Shown: positions 43,501 to 54,161 of the stretch, piece after piece
How the letters are laid out: each line of letters begins with the position of its first letter
Position numbering within the stretch: position 1 is the first letter of the stretch
Origin: Nitrosopumilus sp.
GTDB lineage: Archaea > Thermoproteota > Nitrososphaeria > Nitrososphaerales > Nitrosopumilaceae
Reading direction: 5' to 3'
Length of the DNA: 64,000 nt
Assembly (NCBI GenBank): GCA_965197525.1
Contig: OZ240211.1
Span: 800,001-864,000, forward strand
Translations under genes and position numbers: made by a program
Notes under the pieces: model-generated
Database searches by the model: none
What the model was told of the DNA's origin: nothing
What the model saw: only the letters and a program-made list of their open reading frames with translations

Positions 43501-44123
43501 TGAACTTGTTTAGATTCTAGCTTCTCCAAGATTTTAATCAAGTCTGCTCGTCGCTTCTCTTCTGTAATTACAGATCTGGTATCATCTACTAGAATTCTAT
43601 TAACGTCAATCTTCCTTCGAGCCTCTTTTACTATTTTGTCATACAGTGAAAAAGTATACAGTTGTAGATACAGACTCTCCATTATATCAAAGATTCTAGT
43701 AGCGTCATCAGTTTGACCCAATCTAATTTTATCAAATACTTGCCTCTTTAATTCACCTATGCAATCAAGCAACCCTAAAACATATGATTCAGGCATTACT
43801 GATAGTGCTGTATCAGAAGGTATCACCTTGTGTTCAACTATTGCAATCAGACATGACGCCTCTACAAACTCTTGTTCTGGAGTGACAAGATATCTATCTA
43901 GTCCTGGCGGGGTTTTTTTCCTATATCTTTTTAAGAGTATCTCTGCTTGTTTTAGAGTTTTCTTGGCAGTTGCAAAATCATCTTTATGAACTGCGATAAT
44001 GGATTTGCTACACAGAGTAATTATTTCACGAGTATTTTTGAGGAGAAACTCTCGTGCATCTTGGCGTTTGTTAAGAGATTTTGCGATTTTATTTAATGAC
44101 GGTTTTACATTTTTTAGTGTCAT
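43482..44123 (-). CDS. translin family protein
   Basis: QEFVEA, YVLGLLDCIGELKR and RRKID motifs; 3' end overlaps tRNA-Leu on the opposite strand. Confidence 0.85.
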   Translation of the reverse strand: MTLKNVKPSLNKIAKSLNKRQDAREFLLKNTREIITLCSKSIIAVHKDDFATAKKTLKQAEILLKRYRKKTPPGLDRYLVTPEQEFVEASCLIAIVEHKVIPSDTALSVMPESYVLGLLDCIGELKRQVFDKIRLGQTDDATRIFDIMESLYLQLYTFSLYDKIVKEARRKIDVNRILVDDTRSVITEEKRRADLIKILEKLESKQVHAGDGI

Positions 44124-44341
44124 AGCAAACATAATGAAATACTGTGATAAATCCGTTTGCAAAATATTCGAATGTATAATGAGCAAAAAATAGATTGTTT
44201 AGCGTACTTTTTATCGTGACAGAGTGATTTTTGTCATTTGGTATTACTACATTACAGAGACAACATGTAAGAGTTAAAAATTTTGGATATTTGAGAGGAT
44301 AGCAATTACAATTAAAAATCAAATACAGCATCTAGTATGGA

Positions 44342-45688
44342 TTATAGGTTTTTTAGAAAATCACGAACGGAAGGTCGGTTAGACGAACTTGTATTAATTT
44401 GAGTAAGAGTCTTGGTTTTAACATTACCAAAAAAGGTTAGATCACGTGGGAATAATAGATCTATAAACCAACTGCTCCCAACGCGGAATTTTTTTTCAAA
44501 TAATGGCAATTTGCTTAAATAATAAGTTCTCCAAAGTACCCACGCAATAGATCCGCTATAGTCCATACCATGCATAAAAGCAACAGCTATCTTTCTACCC
44601 AATGTAGTCATTGTATATCGGGTCTTGAAATAAAACGGTTCAAGATTATCTTTATCATATATTTCAGAATGTAAATTATGTACAACTGTGGCACTCTCAC
44701 CAATGGAGTGCAGAGCGGTAGGCGGATAGGGTTTTCCATTCAAGGGGTCTATAATTAGCGCAGCATCACCTAATGCAAAGACATCTTTATGTTCAACCAG
44801 TCGAAGATACTGGTCAACTATAAGTTTAGAATTTTTATCGTGTATACAATCTATATCAGATACGACAGGAGGAATAACTGATCCGGTTACCCAGATTAAT
44901 GTCATGCATGGAATTATCGTACCATCAGTGAGTTTTACAAAATCTTCACCAGCATCAGATACCTTGACATTAGTCGATATGTTGACGCCTGCTTGAGACA
45001 AGAATTTACCAGCTTTTCTTCCAAGATTTTCGCCTAGTTCAGTCAGGATATAATCTCGGGACGCAATTAAATTCATAGAAATGTTTTCGCTATTAATATT
45101 AGGATAGAAACGTTTAGCAGAATCTCTAACAAATTGGTTTATCTCACCAATGGTTTCGCTACCTGCAAAACTCGCACCTGCAACAGTAAATGTCATTAAT
45201 TTTTTTTGAAAGGACTGATCGGATGTTTGAGATGCACTCTCAAGCATGTTGATCACGTGGCGGTTAATAGCCATAGCATCTTCTGCGGTCTTGATAGTAA
45301 ACGCATGTTTTTCGATATTCTCACTACCAAAGAAATTGACGATATTCCCCAAAGATAACACCAGATAGTCATACTCTAGTGCATGCACTTTGCCATCAAA
45401 TGCTCTAGTAATAGTAACTAGTTTTTCTTTTAAATTAATAGACGAGATAGTTGCATGATAAAATTCTGCTTGTTTACATAATTTGCGTATAGGAACAGTG
45501 ATATCATTTGGGTTAATAAGCCCAGAGGTAACTTGTGTCAGCATGGGAGTATAAACGAAATAGTTATCCTGACTTACAATACTGATTTTGATATTTGGGT
45601 CACGCTTGAATTTATTTTGTGCAAACTTTAGTATATTGATTCCGCCAAATCCACCACCTAGTATCAAAATTTTTTTGATTTTTGTCAT
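44342..45688 (-). CDS. type II NADH dehydrogenase-like FAD-dependent oxidoreductase
   Basis: ILGGGFGG, YDYLVLSLG, VAGASFAGSE and VFALGD. Confidence 0.85.
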   Translation of the reverse strand: MTKIKKILILGGGFGGINILKFAQNKFKRDPNIKISIVSQDNYFVYTPMLTQVTSGLINPNDITVPIRKLCKQAEFYHATISSINLKEKLVTITRAFDGKVHALEYDYLVLSLGNIVNFFGSENIEKHAFTIKTAEDAMAINRHVINMLESASQTSDQSFQKKLMTFTVAGASFAGSETIGEINQFVRDSAKRFYPNINSENISMNLIASRDYILTELGENLGRKAGKFLSQAGVNISTNVKVSDAGEDFVKLTDGTIIPCMTLIWVTGSVIPPVVSDIDCIHDKNSKLIVDQYLRLVEHKDVFALGDAALIIDPLNGKPYPPTALHSIGESATVVHNLHSEIYDKDNLEPFYFKTRYTMTTLGRKIAVAFMHGMDYSGSIAWVLWRTYYLSKLPLFEKKFRVGSSWFIDLLFPRDLTFFGNVKTKTLTQINTSSSNRPSVRDFLKNL

Positions 45689-45842
45689 AGCTGAATACCC
45701 ATCATATAACTATTAAACATATTACCGTATTTCAGATATGGTAAATTGATTATTTGCAGATTTTGTAGAAGGGTATTTGCGCCTAAATTTTACATCAACA
45801 ATCCAGTTACAACCACAGCAAGTGACTTTAATTAAATTGATG

Positions 45843-45915
45843 GGCCCTCGAGGGGAATCGAACTCCTGTCCGAGGATCCACAATCCTCTATACTAACCAC
45901 TGTACTACGAAGGCC
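45843..45915 (-). tRNA. tRNA-His(GTG)
   Basis: Encoded G-1, GCCTTCG/CGAGGGC acceptor, GAGGA-TTGTGGA-TCCTC anticodon arm; one A:C mismatch in the T stem. Confidence 0.9.
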
Positions 45916-46228
45916 ACAAAAGATAAGATCGTGTATCTAGTAATAATCTTTAAGATAAAAGGATATTTATCTAATAGACTGCAAGACCCATAGATACAAG
46001 ATTAGATTTATTATTAACTAAATAAAAGTGAAGATATGCGTTTATGGTGGGTTAGTATGGGAATAACTATAGCAATCACATGGGCTGGAATAAACTATAT
46101 GCTCCCATGGGTATAAGTGTCTCACTAAACAGTCAAAGATACAAGATGTTTTAGATGCCAGAGCAGGCAAGTATTTAAAAATACGAAAGCGATCGCTTTA
46201 AATTTGTTGTATAAGATAATTTTTCAAC

Positions 46229-47254
46229 TTGAAGAAAGGATTCATTACCAATAGGTTGCGGTCAAGCAAAAAGGCAGTAGAGGAGCCAATAACAAGCAAG
46301 ATAGAGACCATACAAGGTAAGAAATTTGTATGGATAGACCTACAGAATCCAGATAGGACGGATGTTGAAAAACTATCTGAAAAGTATAACTTTAACGCAT
46401 TAAACATCGAAGACTGCATGACAAAGTTTGAGCTGCCAAAATTGGACAGTTATGACGATCATTTCTTTGTAATTCTTCATTTTCCACCACTAGCCCAGAA
46501 GATAGGAATATCAAAAAATAGTCAACTATCTATATTTGTGGGAAACAATTTTCTAATCACAGTTCATCAGGGAGATCTTAACCCTCTAGTTGAGCTAGTA
46601 GACATTTGTAGAACAAATTCAGACAAAGATAGACGAGACAGATTATTAGGAAAATCCTCAGGATTGCTACTACATGAGATAATAGATGTGCTAGTAGATG
46701 ATCTTTTACACACATCAAGGAAGATAATTGCAAATCTAGATGAGATGGAAGATAAGGTGTTTGATGAAAAGAAACAGGTAGCCAGAAGTATCGCATTACT
46801 TAGAAGAGAGATCAATAGACTAAGAAGAATAGCAACGCCACTGAAGAGATTTGTATTGGAGATTGCAAAGAATGTAGAAAAACTCTCAGATAAAAAAGAT
46901 AAAGAACTCAAATTATACTACGATGACGTAATTGATCATATTGATAAAGTAATAGAGACGTTAGAGGAGTCACGTGAGACTATGGAAATTTACAAAGATA
47001 CCGACTTTGTGCTCAGTACTGAAAAGACAAACAAGGTACTTGCAGTACTTACTATGATCTTTACATTGGGCATACCTGCAACAGTGACCGGGACATTTTA
47101 CGGAATGAATGTTAATCTGCCTGGAGGAGCAAATGATAGCATCCCCTTGTTCTTGGGACCGTTTACAACCTTTATAATCGTGATTGCAGTATCTGCAGCG
47201 CTTGCGATTATCATGTTTGCATATTTTAGAAAGTTAGGATGGATTAACAACTAG
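46229..47254 (+). CDS. corA: CorA family Mg2+/Co2+ transporter
   Basis: WIDLQNP; GTFYGMNV signature between two C-terminal TMs. Confidence 0.93.
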   Translation: MKKGFITNRLRSSKKAVEEPITSKIETIQGKKFVWIDLQNPDRTDVEKLSEKYNFNALNIEDCMTKFELPKLDSYDDHFFVILHFPPLAQKIGISKNSQLSIFVGNNFLITVHQGDLNPLVELVDICRTNSDKDRRDRLLGKSSGLLLHEIIDVLVDDLLHTSRKIIANLDEMEDKVFDEKKQVARSIALLRREINRLRRIATPLKRFVLEIAKNVEKLSDKKDKELKLYYDDVIDHIDKVIETLEESRETMEIYKDTDFVLSTEKTNKVLAVLTMIFTLGIPATVTGTFYGMNVNLPGGANDSIPLFLGPFTTFIIVIAVSAALAIIMFAYFRKLGWINN

Positions 47255-47259
47255 AAGCG

Positions 47260-48213
47260 TTATCTTGTTTCATGAAGGTTTATCTTTACTTTAGTCAAGG
47301 ATTGTTTTAATATATCAGGTATGACAACTAGAAGACCGGAATTTTGTTCCACATTCTCGCATACCCCATGAAAGCTCTGATGACCAGTGACATGGCATCC
47401 ATCTTGAGGGTAATAATAAAAGTTCTCAGAGTTAAGATAGTTATCAAGCTGGTTTGAGGATGGCACAAAGTAGACGTCAAACCAAGAATTTGGGTCATTA
47501 ATTGATATGGAATATTCATAGGATGTATCATCATCATCATCCTCATGCATAGTACAGATAGGGATAAACTGGGCATATGATGATGATGTAGTTGTTATCG
47601 GATCTTTGTGTTTGATTGTAGGGAAAATCGAGATATATGGATCATCATACAGTTGGGTACCTTGCATCAACGCAATTTTGTTGCGAGCGGCATCAACGGC
47701 ATATCTATACAATACAGGCTTCCAACTTGATTCGCAGTCACTGAATTCGTGTTTCAGTTCCACATATGCTTTGCCATGTTGATGTTGTAGTTGATTTGTA
47801 TTGTAAACTTGTAATGAGGATATGTCGAATGGATCTTCAAGACTGATATCACCATCAAGACTAGGAGAACCATCCCATACATTAGTTATATCAAATAGAA
47901 TATTTCCAGGGCGGCTGTTCCATTCTTCTTGTAGATGTACGTAGATGGAATATTTGTTTATGTCTTGATCGTATATCGAGTCAGATACAAGATGCCCGAA
48001 AAAAATATTTGATAGAATTAATACAAATGCAAGCACAGGAAGGACAAAATACAGAAGGGTTTTATGCTTCTTCTTCAACAGATAACAACAATTTACCATT
48101 ATCAAGTTAAAATTGTATTGGTACAAATCAACAATATAGCAAAATATGTGCGTTATCTGCACAGGCGTATGATTCAAACCGCGTATTCTGTTTATATGTT
48201 GTATTTTAGACAC
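47260..48213 (-). CDS. hypothetical protein with an N-terminal TM anchor
   Basis: 317-aa ORF; true start probably downstream of the annotated one. Confidence 0.6.
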   Translation of the reverse strand: MSKIQHINRIRGLNHTPVQITHIFCYIVDLYQYNFNLIMVNCCYLLKKKHKTLLYFVLPVLAFVLILSNIFFGHLVSDSIYDQDINKYSIYVHLQEEWNSRPGNILFDITNVWDGSPSLDGDISLEDPFDISSLQVYNTNQLQHQHGKAYVELKHEFSDCESSWKPVLYRYAVDAARNKIALMQGTQLYDDPYISIFPTIKHKDPITTTSSSYAQFIPICTMHEDDDDDTSYEYSISINDPNSWFDVYFVPSSNQLDNYLNSENFYYYPQDGCHVTGHQSFHGVCENVEQNSGLLVVIPDILKQSLTKVKINLHETR

Positions 48214-48358
48214 GTAACTGCCTTGTGTATTTTTGTTTTATGATATATTTAGATTTAGTATTTTGTTGTTTTACGAGAATACAGATATTCTCAAACACCG
48301 ATGTTTTGACTAGGAAAATAATTTTTTAAATACCAAATACAAGTTACCTGTTTTAGGA

Positions 48359-49225
48359 TTGAAATATGATATTACAAGTGAGCGTGAAGGAGTCGATATC
48401 CTGTGGAAAGGCACGGTAAGACTAAGTCAAAGCTTTATTGACTGCATGGACAGCAAGCCAGTAGTACAAGAAGGGGTAAAAATCTACACAATCTATGACT
48501 GTAAATTCGATAGAGAAGACAACGCCCAATTTGATAATCCTGACTTGCAGAAGAACTTTCCAAACAAGATAACTGTTGTTCTCAAGGGAGACAAAGTCAT
48601 GGAGTCAATGAGATGTTCTGCATTTACAATGCAGGAACACTTTGATACAAAAAGATTCACAAGATCAGTCAAAAGACAAAAAACGACAACCAAAGGGTTT
48701 GTACTAGAGCCATTACAGCAGCAGCAACAACAACCAACTACAACAGAGCACGATGCATATTTGTCCATGTTCCAATTTGATAACAAAAACTCTAGTAATC
48801 AAACAATAGTCCAATTTAACTCAATAGACCTCAAACCATCTCTAGTTGTAGAAAAGTTAGGTTGTGCTGCTTTTGCTTCCGGGTCACAGGGATCAAGCGT
48901 TACCTTTTCAAAAGATCCTAAAAAATCCGTAACCATCTTGTATGCGGCATCAGAACAGAGACCCTTTGTTGCAAGACTTGATACCAACCAAGATAGAAGA
49001 TGGATAGTCTGCAAAAGTAATGGAGAAGAGATAAAAATAGACGATCAGACGGAAGAACTGCAAACCCCAACAAAGAAACCTGACAATACACCTGGACTTG
49101 ATGAAGCGTTAAAAATTCTTAACACTAGACTTGCCAAGGGAGAGATTACAATTTACGAGTATGAGAACTTGAGACAAGTGATGGAAAATCGTACAGACAA
49201 GGCATCAACTAATTGGGGGGCATAG
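48359..49225 (+). CDS. hypothetical protein with a C-terminal SHOCT-like domain
   Basis: ALKILNTRLAKGEITIYEYENLR at the C-terminus. Confidence 0.7.
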   Translation: MKYDITSEREGVDILWKGTVRLSQSFIDCMDSKPVVQEGVKIYTIYDCKFDREDNAQFDNPDLQKNFPNKITVVLKGDKVMESMRCSAFTMQEHFDTKRFTRSVKRQKTTTKGFVLEPLQQQQQQPTTTEHDAYLSMFQFDNKNSSNQTIVQFNSIDLKPSLVVEKLGCAAFASGSQGSSVTFSKDPKKSVTILYAASEQRPFVARLDTNQDRRWIVCKSNGEEIKIDDQTEELQTPTKKPDNTPGLDEALKILNTRLAKGEITIYEYENLRQVMENRTDKASTNWGA

Positions 49226-49484
49226 TCACAGGTCAAAGTACTCCTAAAACCAGACAGTACAAAAAACAGTTCTGGTAACTTGACGTAGTGTTCCCATTGA
49301 TACAGTATGCTATCTGCACAAAACATTACAAGAGAATTTGCGGTATCCCCAAAAACTAAATCGGTAATCTGACAAACTGATTTTGTGCATGAAATTTGGC
49401 TTTGATAAATGGGGTTTAGATTTTAGGCGTAAAACAGATTTTTTCCAAAAAATCATTAAATAATATATCTATCTATAGATATAC

Positions 49485-49721
49485 ATGGAACAAACCAGTA
49501 TCGCCGTATCAAAAAAGTCAAAAGAAGAGTGGGAGAAATTCAAGAACTATCCCGGTGAATCAATGGAGAAAATGATTAATCGAGTTCTAAAACACCAGAA
49601 AGAAGAGGATGAAGAACTACTTACAGAAAATGACATTGCTGAGATAAAAGCATCAGTTGCAGACATTGAACAAGGTCACTACATGACTCAAGAGCAGATG
49701 AAAAAAAAATACGGATTGTAA
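49485..49721 (+). CDS. putative antitoxin
   Basis: Short N-terminal RHH-like segment and acidic C-terminus; 1 bp upstream of the RelE-like gene. Confidence 0.7.
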   Translation: MEQTSIAVSKKSKEEWEKFKNYPGESMEKMINRVLKHQKEEDEELLTENDIAEIKASVADIEQGHYMTQEQMKKKYGL

Positions 49722-49722
49722 T

Positions 49723-49983
49723 TTGACAGTTGTTTGGAAGGTCATCTATTCTGGCAAAGCCCAAAAAGATCTGGATCACGTTGATCCAGACATTGCAAAA
49801 AAAGTAATCTTGTTGATGGATAAAATTGCATTGGATCCATATGGGTTACTTGAAAAGATGACAAACTCACCGTTTTACAAATTTCGTATTGGACAATATC
49901 GGGGGATTGTGCATGTCATAAACGACAAACTCATTTTGTATGTATTCAAAATAAAACGTCGCTCCCAAGTCTACAAAAAATGA
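49723..49983 (+). CDS. RelE/ParE family toxin
   Basis: WKVIYSGKAQKDL...YKFRIGQYRGI...KRRSQVYK. Confidence 0.85.
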   Translation: MTVVWKVIYSGKAQKDLDHVDPDIAKKVILLMDKIALDPYGLLEKMTNSPFYKFRIGQYRGIVHVINDKLILYVFKIKRRSQVYKK

Positions 49984-50256
49984 TTTTTACAATGTTACAT
50001 ATCATAATTGGGCCTTGTGCATAATTAACATTATAAAATTTTTTTAGCATTTCAGAACAAGATTAAACAAAAATAACATTACAATTCTCCTACAACGATG
50101 ATATGTAGTAACAGCTTGATTTTCCAAAATATCATTATAGAGTGGCGTCATCAAGTCTTTACAATTGATTTTCTGAACAGAACTCATCTAACAAGATGAA
50201 TTGATTATATGCCAAACATTATCTGAATATTGCAGAATGGTCAAGGCGCTAAAATT

Positions 50257-51501
50257 CTAATTATCAGGAATTTTATACCATGGTCTTCGAGGCATTAGAA
50301 CCCATTTCACAATAAGTGCAGTAATTACCAAGTAAATTGCGATTCCGATCGGCTCTATCCAGTTTTGATTGTTAGTGCCAGGGTCTATTCCCAAGAGAGG
50401 TTCTACGCCGTAGAAAAATATCATGCCTGCCATCAGAGGAGCCATTCCTACAAAGAATATCATAAGGGAGCCCGTATCTCGAAGTGCTCTTACCAGGTCC
50501 TTGTATGTCCCATGTGGTTTTTTCCATTTGCCTGGTCCGACCCATGTCTGCATTCCACTGACATACCAATACACCATACCTTGTAATATCATCGAGCCGA
50601 TGATATTGCCCAATGTGACTGGAACAAGATTTTTGAGCCACGCCTCTCCCCAAGTGTAATCACCGCCTGCCCATATTCCTGCAGACAATGCAAAGTGGTT
50701 CACTATACTGTGTTCAAATCCTATGGCAAAGAATAGTGATACAGGGATGCCAATCAAAAAGATCTTGGCTACCATATCTTGGGTTCTGTACGCCCCCCAC
50801 ACACCCATACCAATCATCCAATTTGCAAAAATCCCTCTAAAAAACAACTGATCCCATTCAAGTACATTAACTTTGGTATTGCCAATACCTGCCAGCAACT
50901 CCATAAGCGCAGAACCGGCATGGCCTGCTTGACCTGCGCCGATAACTATCATCCACGAGACTACAAATCCAGCTATCCAGTGTCCAGAATGAGTAATAGA
51001 CCATTGCCACAATACCTCTCGCCACTTGGCTTGACCACTCATCAGCGATATTCCAGCAGTCATATAATCACCTGTTACAAGATTAGAACCATAGATGATC
51101 ACAAGAGTAAGAGCAGAAAAACCAAACACTGCAAACATTAGGAATTTTCCAAGTCCCGGAGATAGATCCGGTGCTACCGTAGCCATTATCATCCATGAAA
51201 AAAAAGCTGCAAATGCAAGATAGCTCATGGATTGCCACCCCATAAGAATGCCCTGCGCGGGGTTTACCTTGGTTTTGGCAACTCCCATGTTACTTAGTGT
51301 CCTTATGGTATCTGGAATTCCAAACAATCCCGACATGATGCGCGGAGGTGGCAAGGCAGATGACGATGAGGATGAAGATGAAGAAGAGTCATTAGAATCT
51401 CCTGAGGAGTCAGAGTCATTAGTAGACCTGTCTTTTACAGTATCTTTTGATTCAGAGTCAGGTAAAGAGTCATGCGCATCGACATCATCAGATTCACTCA
51501 T
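50257..51501 (-). CDS. formate/nitrite transporter (FNT) family channel with N- and C-terminal extensions
   Basis: GSNLVTGD, RGIFANWMIG, GFEHSIVN and VTLGNIIG; start likely MSESDD. Confidence 0.88.
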   Translation of the reverse strand: MSESDDVDAHDSLPDSESKDTVKDRSTNDSDSSGDSNDSSSSSSSSSSALPPPRIMSGLFGIPDTIRTLSNMGVAKTKVNPAQGILMGWQSMSYLAFAAFFSWMIMATVAPDLSPGLGKFLMFAVFGFSALTLVIIYGSNLVTGDYMTAGISLMSGQAKWREVLWQWSITHSGHWIAGFVVSWMIVIGAGQAGHAGSALMELLAGIGNTKVNVLEWDQLFFRGIFANWMIGMGVWGAYRTQDMVAKIFLIGIPVSLFFAIGFEHSIVNHFALSAGIWAGGDYTWGEAWLKNLVPVTLGNIIGSMILQGMVYWYVSGMQTWVGPGKWKKPHGTYKDLVRALRDTGSLMIFFVGMAPLMAGMIFFYGVEPLLGIDPGTNNQNWIEPIGIAIYLVITALIVKWVLMPRRPWYKIPDN

Positions 51502-51572
51502 CGTTGTGATAAATGTCATACAATTAATAAGCATTGAAGCGTTATACGCCAGTTCATAACCAACACTATACA

Positions 51573-52559
51573 CTAAACACTGCTGCTGCCAAGTTTGGAG
51601 GCATAGCAGCATCTACGGGTAACAAATACAGAGAAGACTAAAGCAATAACAAGAATCATTACTCCTACGGTAAACTCAGGAATGACCAGAGTTCCAACAA
51701 CCTCTATGACATCTGAATCACCTATGTCATTGATAATTATGCGGTTGTTTAGTCGATCACTTATCACATGGAATGGTTTTTGCTTGCCATCTGCAAAAAC
51801 AGAATATGTACCGCCTAAAAGTTCGTCAGGGATTGTCACATGCATAAATGATGAACGAGTCTGCGCCTGTGCAAAATTTGGAGGTTTTTGCGATATTGTA
51901 ATCTTTTTTTCGTCCAGAATAAAATCCACATCTATTCTTTTTGTATCATAAAATGTTTCAATTAAAAATACACGATCATCAACTGTGACACGATGCTCGT
52001 TGTGAAAAAACACATCCAATGGCCCCCAGCAGAAAGGATCCAAGGAACATTCTGCTACTAGTTGACCTAGATTGCCGTTGTCTTGCCCTTGGGTAGCAGT
52101 TCTAAAAGTCCAATCCCTAAATGCATCAGAATCTACACCGTCAGGGAAACGTTGCCATGTCTTGTCATCTGCAATCACATCCCCTAATCCCATGATAACA
52201 TCCATCTGTCCTGCTGTTTTGTCTAACAGTATAATAGTAACATTATGTGTATTAATGAAATGTTGTGTGGGTTCCTCTTCTAGGAATACCAGATAATATT
52301 CTTCTGATTCAATCAGGGCACCCTCTGGAAAAGAGATAACAGTGGGAATGCGGATAGCATTGTTATGATATAAGTGTAATTCTATATTTTCCAAGGATGC
52401 CTGCAAAGTGTCAGGATTATACAACTCTATCCAGGGGGCATCTCCTTGAATCGGACCTAGTTCGACCTCATTGATAATGACATCGCCCATAACCTCAATG
52501 ACTGCGAGGGGAGTCAGAAACAAGACTAACACAAATAACAAGAGCATGTTATTCAACAA
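51573..52559 (-). CDS. surface protein with a lamin-tail-like domain and PEFG-CTERM-like anchor
   Basis: VIINEVEL...WIELYNP; C-terminal VIPEF followed by a TM helix. Confidence 0.75.
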   Translation of the reverse strand: MLNNMLLLFVLVLFLTPLAVIEVMGDVIINEVELGPIQGDAPWIELYNPDTLQASLENIELHLYHNNAIRIPTVISFPEGALIESEEYYLVFLEEEPTQHFINTHNVTIILLDKTAGQMDVIMGLGDVIADDKTWQRFPDGVDSDAFRDWTFRTATQGQDNGNLGQLVAECSLDPFCWGPLDVFFHNEHRVTVDDRVFLIETFYDTKRIDVDFILDEKKITISQKPPNFAQAQTRSSFMHVTIPDELLGGTYSVFADGKQKPFHVISDRLNNRIIINDIGDSDVIEVVGTLVIPEFTVGVMILVIALVFSVFVTRRCCYASKLGSSSV

Positions 52560-52599
52560 CTGTTTTACAAGATTATGTTAGTTAATTGCTTTGTTCAAG

Positions 52600-53018
52600 G
52601 GTTCTGTAAAGTTATAGAGACCTTGGCAATGCTACGAATTACAACGCCAAATAGAATACAAAGCCCAATGGGTCGGGCTCCCACCAGTCGAATATGTAGA
52701 CCCAGAAAACACGAGCAAGACGTGTCCAAGATGCGGAAAGAAACTCCAAGAGGACATGCAACACAGTCGTAAAATGTCGTGTAATAATTGCGGATTGTAC
52801 AGGGATAGAGACATTGTAGCTGCCATGAACATATCACGCAAACCGTCTCCTAGGTTTAGGGATAGTAGAGATGACATAGGTGAAGCGCAGTCCGGTGTTT
52901 TTGAACCGGCGATGATGGAACCCTGCATACCGGTAATCCAGATAGTCGATATGTCAAAGTCAAGTGATAGGAGGATATAACCTGTTAAATCAACAGATAC
53001 CTATAACTTCACAGAACC
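52600..53018 (+). mobile_element. 419-bp mini-element carrying the tnpB 3' end; no matching TSD
   Basis: TIR ggttctgtaaagttatag / ctataacttcacagaacc (one mismatch); flanks tgttcaag and gttaataa differ. Confidence 0.88.
52626..52980 (+). pseudogene. tnpB: tnpB 3' fragment
   Basis: WQCYELQRQIEYKAQW...CPRCG...CNNCG..DRDIVAAMNI...VDMSKSS. Confidence 0.88.
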
Positions 53019-53036
53019 GTTAATAAATGCCGTAAA

Positions 53037-54161
53037 ATGCAAAAGATATGGATGCGCCTATTAGAGTTTCAAGCTAAAGAATTATTTCGAGAGTATGGGA
53101 TCAACCTTCTTGATAGCAAGGCATCAAAGAGCATCGAACAAGGGCGAATACATGCAAAAGAGTTGGGATATCCGTTTGTAATCAAGATTCAAGTGCCAGT
53201 TGGAGGAAGAGGAAAGGCCGGAGGCATTCAAAAATGTCAAAATGATGATGAATTTGAGCTAAGATACCCACAAGTGATGGATTTGAAGATTAAAGGCGAG
53301 AAAGCAAGAGCAATCCTGTTAGAAAAGATGGCAGATATCAAAAAAGAGCTGTACCTTTCTTTGTTTTTGAATCGTTCAAAGAGATGTTACACCATTATTG
53401 CATCAGCTGAAGGCGGAGTCGAGATTGAATCAGTAAAGAATCAGATAATCAAAGAAGTAGGTCTAGGCCACGTATCAGAAGAGTTAGCAAAAGAGGTAGC
53501 CCAAGAGATGGGTCTGCAAGGTAGTAGCACCGCAGAAGGGTTTGTAGATACTCTGATGAAGCTATCAAAACTTACTATTGAGAAAGAGGCAGAATTAGCA
53601 GAGATTAATCCACTTGCCATCATGCAAGACGACTCAGTCATGGCCCTTGATGGAAAATTTGTAACAGATGATAATAGCAATTTTAGACATGACGAATTAC
53701 AAAAATACCAAGAAAAGTCAGAGATTGAAGAACGGGCAGAAAAGAGCGGATTTTCACTAGTAGAACTAGATGGAGATATTGCAGTAGTTGGAAACGGAGC
53801 AGGACTTGTAATGTCTACACTAGATATGTTATCAGATAATGGTGGCAAACCAGCATGCTTCCTAGATGTCGGAGGAGGTGCAACGGCAGAATCAGTATAC
53901 GAAGCACTCACATTAATTAGTAAAATACGCAGGGTAAAGGGAATTCTTGTGAATCTGTATGGTGGGATTGTAAAGACCACGGTAGTTGCAGAAGCATTTC
54001 TTAAAGCATATGAGACTAATCTAATCGATCTGCCGGTATTTGCAAGATTAAAAGGTACAGAGGCAGATAAAGCAAAAGAGATGCTTGATGGGTCTAGAAC
54101 CAAGATATTTGATTCAGTAGAAGACGCAATCAACTCTGCAGTGATGGGAGTAAAGAGATGA
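53037..54161 (+). CDS. sucC: succinyl-CoA synthetase beta subunit
   Basis: GGRGKAGG, EINPL, GNGAGLVM and FLDVGGGA. Confidence 0.95.
   Translation: MQKIWMRLLEFQAKELFREYGINLLDSKASKSIEQGRIHAKELGYPFVIKIQVPVGGRGKAGGIQKCQNDDEFELRYPQVMDLKIKGEKARAILLEKMADIKKELYLSLFLNRSKRCYTIIASAEGGVEIESVKNQIIKEVGLGHVSEELAKEVAQEMGLQGSSTAEGFVDTLMKLSKLTIEKEAELAEINPLAIMQDDSVMALDGKFVTDDNSNFRHDELQKYQEKSEIEERAEKSGFSLVELDGDIAVVGNGAGLVMSTLDMLSDNGGKPACFLDVGGGATAESVYEALTLISKIRRVKGILVNLYGGIVKTTVVAEAFLKAYETNLIDLPVFARLKGTEADKAKEMLDGSRTKIFDSVEDAINSAVMGVKR

Noticed and set aside
45843-45915. tRNA-His as a pseudogene because of a T-stem A:C mismatch
   Set aside because: All other stems, the G-1 and the C discriminator are intact, and a single mismatch is insufficient.
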